A stretch of 64,000 nt of DNA, from contig CM074517.1 in the NCBI GenBank assembly GCA_037379345.1, forward strand, positions 8,370,001-8,434,000, written 5' to 3'. The stretch comes from Perna viridis. Taxonomy: Eukaryota. The translations under genes were made by a program, and so were the position numbers. Under the pieces are notes generated by a model, which searched no databases, had not been told where the DNA came from, and saw only the letters and a list, made by a program, of their open reading frames with translations. Below are positions 11,829 to 24,873 of this stretch, piece after piece. Positions within the stretch are counted from its first letter, which is position 1; each line of letters begins with the position of its first letter.

Positions 11829-13816
11829 CTGAAATGAATATTTCATGGAAATATCAGCATAAAAACATTGGCATGAGGCTTTCGTGTTGATGAATGGTTT
11901 TTCGAATATAACATTATAGGGAGAACTTTCTATTTCTTTAGTGCTAAGTATCTTAGTATTATCGAAGTGCGTATGAACTGTCCATATTGTTTTTTTCACA
12001 ACACAAACGGAATTCAGTACAAGTGTAATGGAGAAACAGAGACGGACTGAGTTCTGAGTCAAAAGTGATAGAAGTAACAAAAGAATCAATATTAAAACAA
12101 ACAAACGAACACGAACAGTTACAATTTATCCACTCACAAAAGTCGTATTTAGCCTATCAAGTTGGATTTAAACAATTCGCACACATTAGGTAACCGATAA
12201 TGAAGTTACGTCCCTAAGATACTTATTTTTAATCGCAGATATATCAAACTGTATACTCGTAACTGTATTATTATTGTTTTATCATGTTGTTCTTAAAATT
12301 CAAATGTTAATTAATACACAATTTTGCCGATAAAGTTAATTTTATCATTTTAAATTATAGTTCAAAACAGTTGAATTGTTAAGTTACATGATATGTTCTA
12401 ACAATACATTCTTTAAGACACGATAAATACATCCAATGTTTAATGTACAAAAGTTTTTCTTAATAAGCGTGTATACAAAAGCGATTTATACTTTATAACT
12501 TTACTTTGTGCTTTGTTTTAAAGAATGAACATTTCTGCAAGAATCTGATAATCAAAATAATAAATACGTTGAGAGAGAAAATTAAATAAGATGTATCACT
12601 AGAAAGTTCAAAACTTTCAATCTTCTGTGAAATATTTTTTTCTTTTTGTTACGAAGTACTTCATTTCGTGTTGAATAATAGCTTTCTTGCCAGTATTAAT
12701 GGTTCCTTCTACAAACTAAATTCTGTCCACTCATGCAGACCGAACATATTGTCAAATGATATTAAATGGCGTTTTTGTCGTTTAAATTAAAAGGAAAATA
12801 CTTTTGTCTGAAAGTTCTGAACGTCAGTTGAAAAATGAATTTGCTCATTTGTCAAAGACTATTTCTTTTCAAATATGTCTAATCTTATTTGACACAAGGG
12901 CGTTAATGTTTTTTTTTTGTGAACGTTTGAAATGTGTTTCAGAGTAAATTGAGTTATATGCAGTAGTCTGTTTCCCTTTATGGTTGTGTGTACATGATTA
13001 TAAACTTTTATTTTATCAAAAGAAATATTAAAAAGCATTCATATTTCCCCGATGTAAATAAAACTGATGAAATTGTCTATAAGAATGTGCGTGTGTGTGT
13101 TTCTGTCGTTTTAATCAGAATATCAAATTACATGTATGAAACTTTTGAGAACATACTCTTCACATCTCATTGAAATGAGTTACTTTTTTTATGACGATTC
13201 ATCTATTTTAACGATAAACATAACATAAGATCATTTTCAGGCTAAATTGTCAAACGATATGTCCAACAAGTGTTATGTATATCCTTATTCTTTTTGCCCA
13301 TCCTTATAACAATGACGTTACTTGTTCCCATCACCAAGAAACCCCCAAGATTTTAATACCGATCCTCCAATGAAAACAAATAACAAACTGGCCAAACAGA
13401 TGCCCCTAAATTACAATTATAAGTTCTAATTATTGTAGTCGGTGTGCATATCAGTATTAAACAGAAAACAAAGTCTACCAAGAAATGACATTTGAGGGAC
13501 TTCAAGACAGAGAAAAATCAATGATATTTCCATTTCACCGTTACTCGTTATCACTTATAATTTGTAGATTTCCTAAATGGCGGTCTACAAAGGAAAGTAT
13601 TGAAAGCTTAATAAATCTGTTTTATCAAGAGAAGCCATTTAATTTGGGTTTTTGTGACTAATGATCATTTTGGAGATGGTATTGTCATTTCAAGAGACTT
13701 CAGCAGTCACCCACTTAAGGTAGCACAGTGTAAATCACAAATGTATACGATGTTCATAATCAATGTATGAATTCCGTTATCTCGTTTGTTATGTATATCC
13801 TGTTTAGTAGTCTATA

Positions 13817-14022
13817 TGCTGTAAATTAAGAAATTACGGCGTGTATTCAATATTGCAAACTTGTGACCTTAATGGGAATTGCGAATTAAATTTTTGCAAT
13901 TACATGAAATGTGCAATATCTCTGAAAAAACTTTCCGTCATGTGACTTTTAATCATTGCAAATTGACGCCAGTTAAATATTTGGCAATGAATAAATATCA
14001 ATAATTTCTGAATTAACATAGC
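13817..14022. mobile_element. Decayed MITE (~200 bp) with imperfect terminal inverted repeats
   Basis: Left end tgctgtaaattaagaaatta versus reverse complement of right end tgctatgttaattcagaaatta. Confidence 0.4.
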
Positions 14023-14810
14023 ACTAAGAATTCCATATTCCGCGTTAAATTCATATTCATTAACAATGCATTTTGGATTTTTATGTACTTGATTCTAATG
14101 TTGCTAATGATAGGGAACTCTTTAAAACACGTGTCTAGCATGACGACATGTTTGTGTTTATGTATATCCATAAAGGTAATGTGTTAAAGATTGGCATGCA
14201 AAGAATCATTTACATCTGTCTTTTTATGTTTTAGACTGTCATTATTATAATTTGTAATTTAGGATAAAAAAGTTATCGGATGCAAATGAGTAATGTCCAA
14301 CCAAACTGTAAGTGATTCCATGATTCCAGAATTCTTACGTTTCTAAAACTGTATCCATGAAAGGTATTAAAGAGCTTATTGTAGGATACGAAAAATCATC
14401 GACTAGAACATTACAGATCTTAGATAGGGACCAATATTTTAAGACGGCAATACAAAACGATAAAGACACCAAACCACATACACAGAAACAAAACAAAAAT
14501 GAAGCAACACATGTCATCCAGAGAAGTTTATTATAAATTTATGTTTGTACCATTTTCCTTAAGGAGTTAGCACTTCATTGCAGGGGCTATAATTTGGAGT
14601 GTTTAGTTTTTGGTTCATTGCATGCCACAAAGGTGGCAAAATATGAACAACACATTGATATACTACACATGAGAAAAAGCAATCCTGTACAATCTAACGG
14701 ATCCTGAAGCACATTCAATCTACCAACTTTTAGTCGTGGTATGCTGAGAAAGATACATTGAGCCTGAAATACATTTCAATCTATCAATGTTACGTTGTGG
14801 AATGTTGAAG

Positions 14811-16709
14811 TTTGGTCAATAGTTTTCCTTTTACCACCGATTTCTCAGTGTAGGTCAAGATATGAGGCTGACTTCACAGTGTCTGTAGTATCCTTTATCT
14901 CAAGTTCTTTGGGGTAGATGCGATATATCAAATCCCCGAAATTAGGATTTTTAAATATAATACGTCATCTATATCGTCCTTGGTAGAGAGACCAAAAGTA
15001 GATAGCACAAATTTATGGTTTTCAACAATCTCTTCTTTGGACAGTGTGGTAGCAATATAGGTCTTATTACTGCTGTTATTTGCTAGGTCTACGTCTGATA
15101 ATAAACATTGGATGTAAAACGTTTTGCAGACAAAAACAATGTTTTTTGGGGCTTTGTCTGCTGGTACGACAACATATTTGTCATGTATAGTAGACAATGT
15201 TTTTGTTACATCGGGGTCTTTGAAAACTGATGTAACTTTGGCACTCATTGAACTATTTAAAACTTTCATTCGTTTCAACATTAAAGACTCCACAGCCTTT
15301 AACCACTCTGACAGAGAATTAATGTCTTCTTGTTCTTGTTTTATCCATTTTCTTGCATAGTCCTCGACGGCATCCATAAGAACTTTAAAGTTATAGTTCC
15401 TATTTTTGGAGTGTGATTCACGGTACTTGGGACCTTAAGATAGGATATTACGCAGAGATTCGTTTTCGATGATGGTTAAATCTCAGGTGGTTTAGCCTTG
15501 AAGTCCTCAATCTGGAGGTTCTGAAATAGCCTTTTATAATTGAAAATTTTGGATGCAATGGGTGAAGTATAGGAGTATGAAATAATTGGTATGGATTTGT
15601 CTTTGAAATTTCGGGGAATTTTGTTAGTGACGTTTTTGTGATGGAGGATGTTAGCCAAATTAATTGCATCTATACCTTTGTTGACAAACGGTAGTGGAAG
15701 AAATGATCGTTTTTCTTCATCTTGACTTTTCACACAAACTGGTTTAAAGAGTCTGTGGAAACCAATATCCAAAATGATGGCAACAAGTCCGTATAATGAT
15801 GAGGTGGGGGTCAGAAACAGGAGTGTAAAAACTTGTTTTGTAACGGGAGTGTAGTAGAGTGAGAGGTATAGAATAAAGTTTGGTTCTAATGTGATGAAGT
15901 CCAAGAGGTTTTTGTATGAAAGGAAGGAGTCCATCTTTGGAGACATCATGTAACTTAGGTGACGTATAGTGGTGATGTTTTTGACTCCTTTCCCGTCTTG
16001 GATTTTTGTCAAATAAATTCATCACGTTTATGCTATTGTTATATAGGCTTTAAAGGTTTCCTATACTTTTGATGTTGTCATTGCATCAGTAAGGTATTGC
16101 AGTACCTAGTCTGCATATCCAGTACTCCTCTCTTTCCCTGCGATAGTTTTTACTTAGAACGGGACTGTTCGTAGGATGGTAATTTTTTTTTCTAAAATAC
16201 GGACTTTCATAGAGAGGATTGAATGATCTTGTTGATTAAAGTGTTGATAAACTGTCAGTAATTAGGTGGTGTTAATTCCCGAACGATGACCGCACATTCT
16301 TTTGTTTAATCGTTCTTGCGTTTCTCCGACATATACTAAACCACATAAATTGTATTCTAATCCATATATTAAGTTTGTTGATTTGCAATTTAAGTCATCG
16401 TGACTTCTTGTATGGAAGGTTTTGTTTGTAACGGAACTGGAGAAGTAAGAGTCGGTTATAAGAATGTCGCATCTTTTGCAATTTTTAATTTCCACATTTT
16501 GATATGTTACAATGCGGTTCGTCAACGTTGTAGTCAAATATATCATTTAAAGTGATGTAACATGCTTTGATAATTTTGAAATAGTCAGAATTTTTGTACT
16601 GGAATATATCATCTGCAGACTGAACGTGTGATTGGGTACTTTTAGTTGAATTGGTCGGGGCACTTTCCATACCAGACGTGAGTGTGCTAAGATTCCCATC
16701 TGGGGACAT
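14811..16709 (-). mobile_element. Penelope-like retroelement with N-terminal GIY-YIG endonuclease (Naiad-type); decayed, RT core deleted
   Basis: 5'->3' on the - strand: Cys cluster (KCGN..NCKRC), GIY-YIG (NLIYGLEYNLCGLVYVGET.ERLNKRMCGHR ... REREEYWICRLGTAIPY*CND), linker ORF 15476..16012, PLE pre-RT motif YVVVPADKAPKNIVFVCK, then a direct jump to IDDVL...RIYPKELEIKDTTDTVKSASYLDL. Several frameshifts. Confidence 0.85.
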
Positions 16710-16714
16710 CAGTT

Positions 16715-18833
16715 AGCCGTAAATGAAGTCACATATGATCATGTTATATTAATTGGCGATTTTAATGAAAAACGAGAAAATGTAAACCCACACATGAAAC
16801 GTATTTGCACAACTTATAGCCTAGATCAATGATTACTGATCCAACAAATGTCACAGAAAATACATCGCCTGTTATTTATCTAATTGCTACTAGTAGTATC
16901 TATTTCGTACTTCCGCTGCGTAAAACAAATTGGGGACGGTTCGGAGGGGGAACTTTGGATGGTTGACGATTAATCTTAAGAAACTTATTCGTAAAAAGGA
17001 ACGTATACACTCCAAAACGCAACGTAGAAACCGTGATACCGATTGGACGAACTTCAGTCGTAAACCAAACTTGGTAACTTTAAAAATGCGAAAAGCCAAA
17101 CAGAGTCACCAAGATCAAATTATAGGTTAAAACGAAAAACTGTCAATGCAGACGATTTCAAACCGAATTACATGACGCTTATTCTCATCTCTTAAATCCT
17201 TCCATAGAAGAAATGATAAAGATCATTTTGCATTACAGAACCCGCAGTAGAAAATATACTCAAGAACCCTAACTTTGAGAAGGCATCCGGTCCCGACCTT
17301 ATTAGCCCGAGACTCTTGAAAGTCTTGAGAAACTATCGTCTTATTTTACTTTTCAGTATAATTTCAAAATGTTTAGAACGTTGTGTTTACATACACATTA
17401 ACACTTATTTGAGAGATAATCAAATTATACCGCAGGGATCCATACTTGGTCTTCTACCTTTTCTTGTTTTGATAACGACAACGTTATCGACGTCAATGCA
17501 TATATCAAACTATTTGCCGATGACGTTAGTCTATATTTTATAGAGAGTCTCCAGATATCGTAGCGCTTGCTTTGAATAGAGACATCGAAAAAATTCAACA
17601 ATGGGCTTTGCGATGGCTTGTTCGATTTGATCTTTAAAGACAGAACGATGCTGATATCATGTCAACCCGCCCGACAGGTTCACCCACCTCTACAGATGAA
17701 CAATTGTGATCTCCAGCACTTGTTTAGTCACAAACACCCAGGTGTTTTTTTTCTGATGATGACTCTTAGCATGACAATATTGAGTATATCGTTAAAAAAG
17801 CTTACACTAGGATCAATGTTCTTCGGCGGGTCTGATTGATTATCGATCGGTCTAAACTTGGGAAAATGTATATTACGTTTATTAGACCAATATTTGAATG
17901 CGGGGACATCGTATGGGCAAATGGTCTTCAAATTTCGATTATCAAGCTCGAAGGAGTCCAGATAGAAGAGATGCGTATCGTAACTGGTGACAGGAAATTA
18001 ACATCACTAGAAAATTTTTATCGTGAAACCAGATATGAAAAACTCGCCGATAGAAGGAAAAAAAACAACACAAACTCGTGATGATGTATGATAAAATGAA
18101 CGGTGATATCACCGAGGATTTAAGGACCCTGGTACAAATTCGCGGTCAGACTTCCATAGCCATATCCTACTGTTTACTATTAAGATGTTGAATGAACTCC
18201 CCGTAGCCGCTCGTAATGCGAGATCACTGAGCATATTCAAATCTTACATTAATGTATCTAATAATATCACACGCCATCGTACTGTTAAATTGGTAGTATA
18301 CGTGGTCAGATCTTGCCAGCTTGCATAAGAACAACAGTTCTCTCAACGAGCATCTATTCAGGCGTAACATGGTTACCAGTCCGAACTGTTTCTGTGGCCA
18401 AGTAGAGACAAGCAACCATTTCTTACTAGAATGCAACAAGTATTCCGGCGTCTCTATCCAAACTTTGAGATTTCAGGTTAATATTATTGGTCTTCTTAAA
18501 GGATGTGATGCTCTTACAACAGAACAAAATACTGAATTATTCTTAAAGATGTAATCTGACATTTTAAAAAGTGAACGATTAGTATATTGACACTAAAATT
18601 GTATGTTTTTTTTCTTTCTAATGCATTTCATCATATTCCCTCTGTTTTACCTACATGTCGATCTTCTTTCAAAATATTGTTTTTTTCTATTTCATTATTG
18701 CATAAACATATCTATTAAAGCAAGCTGATTCAATGTGTTGATATTTTATTTAGTTTCGAATCTTTATGGTGCATTACTCTTGTATTAATTATAATTGATG
18801 TATTTATTTGAAATAAAATATGTGTAAACTAAC
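16715..18833 (+). mobile_element. Decayed CR1/L2-group non-LTR retrotransposon (APE + RT remnants)
   Basis: HVILIGDFNE (APE), KASGPDLISPRLL, NYRLILLFSIISKCLER, PQGSILG, KLFADD, FIRPIFECGDIVW, C-terminal CFCGQVETSNHFLLEC. Tail aataaaatatgtgtaaact. Many stops and deletions. Confidence 0.85.
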
Positions 18834-20660
18834 TCTTTTATGAATTTCCCGAGATATTTTTCCAGGAATTATAGTTGCATCCTTACTTATAATAAGTACA
18901 TAAGCCATTTGAGAGTTAAGTTCAATAAGAAGTGTATTTATTGAAAATAATTATTTATTCTAATCCTAGCAGAAATTACAAAATGGCCCCAAAGTCACTC
19001 GTGTATATTAAAAGTTCCTTTATAATTATGCTTGCCTTTGAGCAAAGACATACAAATCAAGTATTACCGTGATTTATTACAATACTATGACTACTACATA
19101 TTTTTATACTCCCTTATCTGATAATCACTCCAGTTTAAACAATAAATCCCTTCTTCAGGAAGTATAGAATCCAGTTTATATTGAAAAGCAGAAAATATAT
19201 CATTGATCTAAAAGTAAACATTTCATTAATACTATGACTGAAAAAGAGAAAGTATTTATGAAACAATATGTGTGGATGAAAAGTTATTTTTGTTTATTAG
19301 TGAAGAAATGTAACCACGGATTTGTTGTAATGTACAAATGGAGACTGAAGGAAAAACATAAAATAACGTATATTAGACAGGCAAAAAGACACTAAATGCA
19401 GATGATAATAAAAATAATATCAACTTAAATATCATAGCTTCCTCCAACATGTATTATTTTTTCTTTATTATATACAAAAAATACTATCAGGTAGGACACA
19501 CCGTTAAAACCTTGTTTTATTGCTCACTTAGAAATATAAAAAGATAATTGTTCAAAAACAAAAGCATCCGGTATTATTGCAAACACAGAAAGTAGCTAAT
19601 GGTATTGATTATCTACAGTGTTGCATTGCATGAATATTTAACACGTATGACTTCAAATATTATACTTTCTTCTATTTGTTTGTAAGAAAGTAAATATAAG
19701 GTATCACGCCAATAACAAATCAAGCAAAAAATAAAAATTTATTTGAAGATTAAAAGAAATAAACGATGTAGTATAAACAAACTGAAGTCATAAAATAGAC
19801 ACCCTTCATTAGATATAAAACAGCATATTTGAGGACAATATCTTGGACAGAAATCGAAATGCATTTAGACATTATTATTGATAGACAAAAACTCCTGGCA
19901 ACAGCCACAAAAACAAAGTCAAAAGAAGTAACGTTCATATGTTCACATAAGAAACAGCAGCATCAAGGTAAAACCCGAAAAGTTTGAAGAACCGCAATTG
20001 TCCAGACTTGGTGAAGACATTAACTAATGGTTAACTTCCATATATTAGAAACTTAAACGAGAAGACCATATTATTGTGCAAGTCATAAATGTCGAAACTA
20101 TCGGGAGCTATCGGTAAAAATCAATAAAAGCTGGCTATGATCTTCTTTCAGTTAGGAGAGTTCTGCAAGATGGCTAACCACTTATATTTCAAGGATTTCA
20201 AACTTTGCATAACCTTGAGCATTTTATAAAAGCGCATTTTGCATTAAAGGTTATTTATTTTTGTTTACATGGGTATGATTTATCATAGAGCTCAACTTAA
20301 TGCAAAGGTGGTCTTTCCCTTTAAAGGTAAATATCTTCAAGAAGTTAGCTTCAAGTAATTTGAAAAAAAAAAAATCTACTTTACAATTTTAAAACGAAAA
20401 TGTGTAGTATAGGTTGCACTTGTTATCCTGATCATTTGATTTCAGCCTGTATAATCAAACTTATGAAAAAAGGTAAGAGCAAAAATTGGGTACCACTATT
20501 GTATTGTATTTTATCAAAATCGATTTAACAATCACATAAATCAGAAAATAATATAAAGTATAATAAACAATAATCGTAACAAAGTGTAGAAAAGAGTACT
20601 TAGTTGAACACAACAATTGGGATTTTATGGCATGATTGAAAACCGAAAGAAATCTAGTTC

Positions 20661-20822
20661 GTGCTCCCAGTGTTTAGTGCAGTCCGAGTCGCTCATTTAC
20701 TTGTATGTATTATTTTGGTTATTCTATGTTCTTTGTTGTGTGTGTCTGTTTTCTATATCTGGTCTTTGTTCCTGGAATACATTCTTTTGATTTCCGCTAG
20801 AATCTTGGTTCCCTTGATAACA
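20661..20822 (+). mobile_element. Penelope-like element (Naiad-type) 3' UTR fragment, 5'-truncated
   Basis: gctcccagtgtttagtgcagtccgagtcgctcattt...ttggttcccttgat matches the family 3' end. Confidence 0.8.
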
Positions 20823-23442
20823 TTAGTGCTTCCTATTGACTAGTAGTGCCTACATGTCGCCATACATTCGCTGTTTAATAGTAACTTAACATGGCAGATG
20901 AAATATTTACTAGACATATTTGTGGCATTGTAAAAAATCAAAGTTATTTTCATTAAGCGTAAGTGTAAAGGGTATGGGAATAATTGTGACTTGCCCTTTT
21001 CGTCCTTAGAATGATTTTTGAATTGCGACCGATTGTTTTTTGTTGTTACATTATTTCAAATGTTTATTCTCTTGTCTATACCGATATTAACTAAAATGTC
21101 ATGTATAGAAAGCAATAGTCTAATAAAAACTTTTAAAAATGATTACATAATATCTACAAATGTCGCAAGTATAACCAACAATTAATCCGCAAATTAAGAT
21201 TTTTTTCTTTAACTGCAATGAAAACATGCTTTTTTCTGATGCAAGCGTTTTAATTGTGTCCTTAAAAAGAAAACAATTGCCAGTAAGCAACACTGAAGGG
21301 GTTATCCATGCATATAACCAGAAAAAGACAATAGGCAATTAAAATGAAAATTGAAAATGAAACATTTTAAGAAAAACGTCTTCCATAAAAATCGGGAGTC
21401 AACTTTGGCGTTCTTGAACGGTAGGTTGTTTTACCTGCATATTGCAATGCTCGATATTTCTAGGACTCCCCTATTCAAAGTATATTGAATATTATTGCAA
21501 TTTAATTCACGAAACTCTTTTTAATGAACCATTGGGATGTCGAGTCTTGATGATGCTTTTTCATCGCTTTAATGTTAAGAACACATGTTAAACATAGTTT
21601 AATTGTAAAATTGTTAAGTAGACCCGCAACATTAAAGTTAGAAATACAATTTATTTCATTCAGCCTACAGCAAAGATAACTGTTGTATACAAGGTTGCAA
21701 TGGACACTGTAATGTGAAGCAAGTCATCACGCTGTTTTCACAAAGTTTCAACAACGTGCGCACGAAAAAAGTAGCACAAGACAAGCGTTTCTTATTTTTT
21801 TAAATAAAAACAAACCAGTTTTCTACCTTTCAGTTACTACTGAGTGTGCCTTGGTTCGTTTTGCCATACATATTCTACCCGTTTTGAAATCAAAATCTAT
21901 TTATTAATTCAAAATTACTTTATGACAGGGTTTAGAATTGGCAACGCGGCAGCCCATCTAAACTATCAAATACTTTTCACGAAAATCAGAAACACAGGTA
22001 CATGATTACATGTTGATGTGTGTATTAGTATGTGATCAAAAATACCACATCGAACATAAATGCGTATGGCCATCCCTCACTCAAGAAAATGAAGAGAAAG
22101 GAAACATCAGTCGAACAGCAAATTAAAAAAAACTCTTAACATATAAAAAACAATGCTTTAATTCTTGTCTGTTGTTAACTTCATGTTTTGTTCGTATAAT
22201 TTATTTTTTTTTTATATTTATTATTCTAGCGCTGAGTGTATTGATAAAATTTATATAGCTATTTCAATTAGAACAGAATAATCATTTACTCAAATTAACT
22301 ATATCACTCTTCGAGTAAAATAAACCGTATTCTGCAATACACTGGCCCATATTGAAAACTCTTAACTTATTATCTTCAAATGTGTTTCATTAACAAATAA
22401 ATAAATTCCACTCAAAGAATTAGATTGAAACTTTAGACTAAATACCCAAACAAATATGGTATCGAATAACCTTTGAATCCATGTATGAAAATAAGAGTAT
22501 TAATAGGAGTGCGAAATGTGCAATCATGATAAATTTGAATAAAAATGTCAACAAATGGTAAACAAAGTATTTGCAATCAGTATATGTAAACGTCAGCATC
22601 AATACACTCGCCAATATTAACTGTATATTAAAGAAACATTCTCTGTGATATTGTCTTTTTATCTACTTCTTGGACGGCTAGATATTTTGCGATATCATAT
22701 TATGGGACAATGTTATATGAACTAGTGGTTTTAAAAATTAGCTGCATTGTCGATAAAATCTTATTGGTCAATTGTGACGTTTCTTACATTGTTGTAACGG
22801 AACAAATGGTGACGTCATAGAAGGACGAACGCTTACATTTTCGCGATAGCTGATGTCGATTGTCACATATTCCACAGAACAATGGAGAAAAACGTTTTAT
22901 AACTCGTGAAATTTGAATAATGCAAAGTCATTTAATATCGCCGAGGCTCTTTTATTATGATGTTGAAATCAAATAACTTGCGTTGATATTTTTCGGTATT
23001 CAACTTTCATTTATTATGAAACCACGAACTTCTTTGCATAATTATGCATCAATTCAATGACAAAGCAAACTGTAGACGTAATCATTTTTGCAGTAACGGA
23101 TTCGTTTTACCATTTTTATTTTATTTTATAGTTTCAAAATTATGATAAGCGTTTAATAGTGTTAAAATAATTCTGTGGGTACTAAATATCGCGCATTTTG
23201 TCTACTGCGACATTGCCAAAATAATGCGAAAAATAATATGTTAACAATAACTTAGTAAATCTCTTTCAAAGTAATATTTGAATAAAGTAGTACACGAAAA
23301 AGACCAACGCAAATATTGAACTGAAATAAAAAGCAGCATGCATACACTGATGGGAAATATAAACAAAATGTGCACTTTTTTGTTATACATTTGATAAATT
23401 GAATACTCGATATATGACATCAAAATATATGTTTCAACTTAC

Positions 23443-23623
23443 TTTGTCGTCCAATTCGCTTGGACATTCGATGCCACAATGTTTTAAGTGTTATCAGATA
23501 TGGTGTAGCACTTTCGCATCGTTTTTCACACAATGTAGACTGTAAACTGTCAGTATTTCCGGAGCTAACGATAACAAAGACAATCAGTAGTGTGTACAGT
23601 GTTTTGTATTTAGATATGGTCAT
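23443..23623 (-). CDS. Putative first coding exon (signal peptide) of an uncharacterised secreted protein
   Basis: Acceptor tttcgtttcag|GTGATG (exon starts 23626, ATG at 23623) and donor CAAA|gtaagt at 23443/23442 (phase 1). Encodes MTISKYKTLYTLLIVFVIVSSGNTDSLQSTLCEKRCESATPYLITLKTLWHRMSKRIGRQ. A 64-nt gtaagt...cag intron at 23627-23690 implies a 5' UTR exon. Confidence 0.65.
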
Positions 23624-24138
23624 CACCTGAAACGAAAAGACGTACTGTAATAACATTTGTTTGCGATGTATAATTTTATTTTGCACTTACTTGGTAGATT
23701 AAAATAACGAACACTTATCTGCGAATATGTTCACTAAAAAAATAATGGAAATTTGCAACAGCGAAAATTGATATGATAAACATTTTATTTCATTTATTTG
23801 TTTCTATGTTGTTTTTTTAACTAGCATTGAAATGATATGGGTTGACCTCTGCTGTCGGGGCCTTTCAGAGATGACTCAAAGATGTGTTTACACTTACTGA
23901 AGACCTTTAAAAGTATTTACTATTTTGTATTTAGATTATGCTTTGGTGCTTTTGTTACGTTGCACCATATCTTTTCTTTTTCAATTTAAAATCTTTTCAT
24001 ATATAAAATCAAGGAAATCTATAGTAAATTAAAACTTTACAGGTTTAATTACAAAGTGGTTATATGTAAAACCAGAAAATGTATAAAAAGAAATACAATT
24101 TGGTTTACAAATTTGTATATCTAAATCATATTATTTTA

Positions 24139-24873
24139 TTTCATCCTGATTCAGTACACCTCATGGACATCAAGATTTTCATTTCATCCTGATTAAGTAC
24201 ACCTCATTTACATCTGATTCAGTACACCTCATGGACATCTGATTCAGTACACCTCATAGACATCTGATTCAGTACACCTCATGGACATCCCGATTCAGTA
24301 CACCTCATGGACATCCTGATTCAGTACACCTCATGGACATTCTGATTCAGTACACCTCATGGACATCTGATTCAGTACACCTCATGGACATCCTGATTCA
24401 GTACATCTCATGGACATCAAGATTTTCATTTCATCCTGTTTAAGTACACCTCATGGACATCAAGATTTTCATTTCATCCTGATTCAGTACACCTCGTGGA
24501 CATCCTGATTCAGTACACCTCATGGACATCTGATTCAGTACACCTCATGGACATCCTGATTCAGTACACCTAATGGACAACTGATTCAGTACACCTCATG
24601 GACATCCTGATTCAGTACACCTCATGGACATCCTTATTCAGTACACCTCATGGACATCCTGATTCAGTACACCTCATGGACATCCTGATTCAGTACACCT
24701 AATGGACATCCTTATTCAGTGCACCTCATGGACATTTGATTCAGTACACCTCATGGACATCCTGATTCAGTACACCTCATGGATATCTGATTCAGTGCAC
24801 CTAATGGACATCTGATTCAGTACACCTCATGGACATCTGATTCAGTACACCTCATGGACATCAAGATTTTCAT
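24139..24873. repeat. Minisatellite, ~26 copies of a 25-26-bp unit (cctgattcagtacacctcatggacat) with occasional 43-bp variants
   Basis: Directly visible head-to-tail array with very few substitutions and no unique spacers. Confidence 0.95.

Noticed and set aside
11823-12104. Hydrophobic-start ORF as the signal-peptide exon of the orphan gene
   Set aside because: Non-ATG start in a T-rich tract, and out of frame with the 11828 exon. The 23443-23623 exon fits better.
16086-16088. In-frame TGA in the GIY-YIG region as selenocysteine (some Naiads are selenoproteins)
   Set aside because: It falls at the expected Gly of PYG(C/L)N, so GGA->TGA is more likely. The copy has many other disablements and no SECIS was seen.
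24139-24873. CRISPR-like array
   Set aside because: Units are head-to-tail with no unique spacers, there are no cas genes, and the context is eukaryotic. It is a minisatellite.
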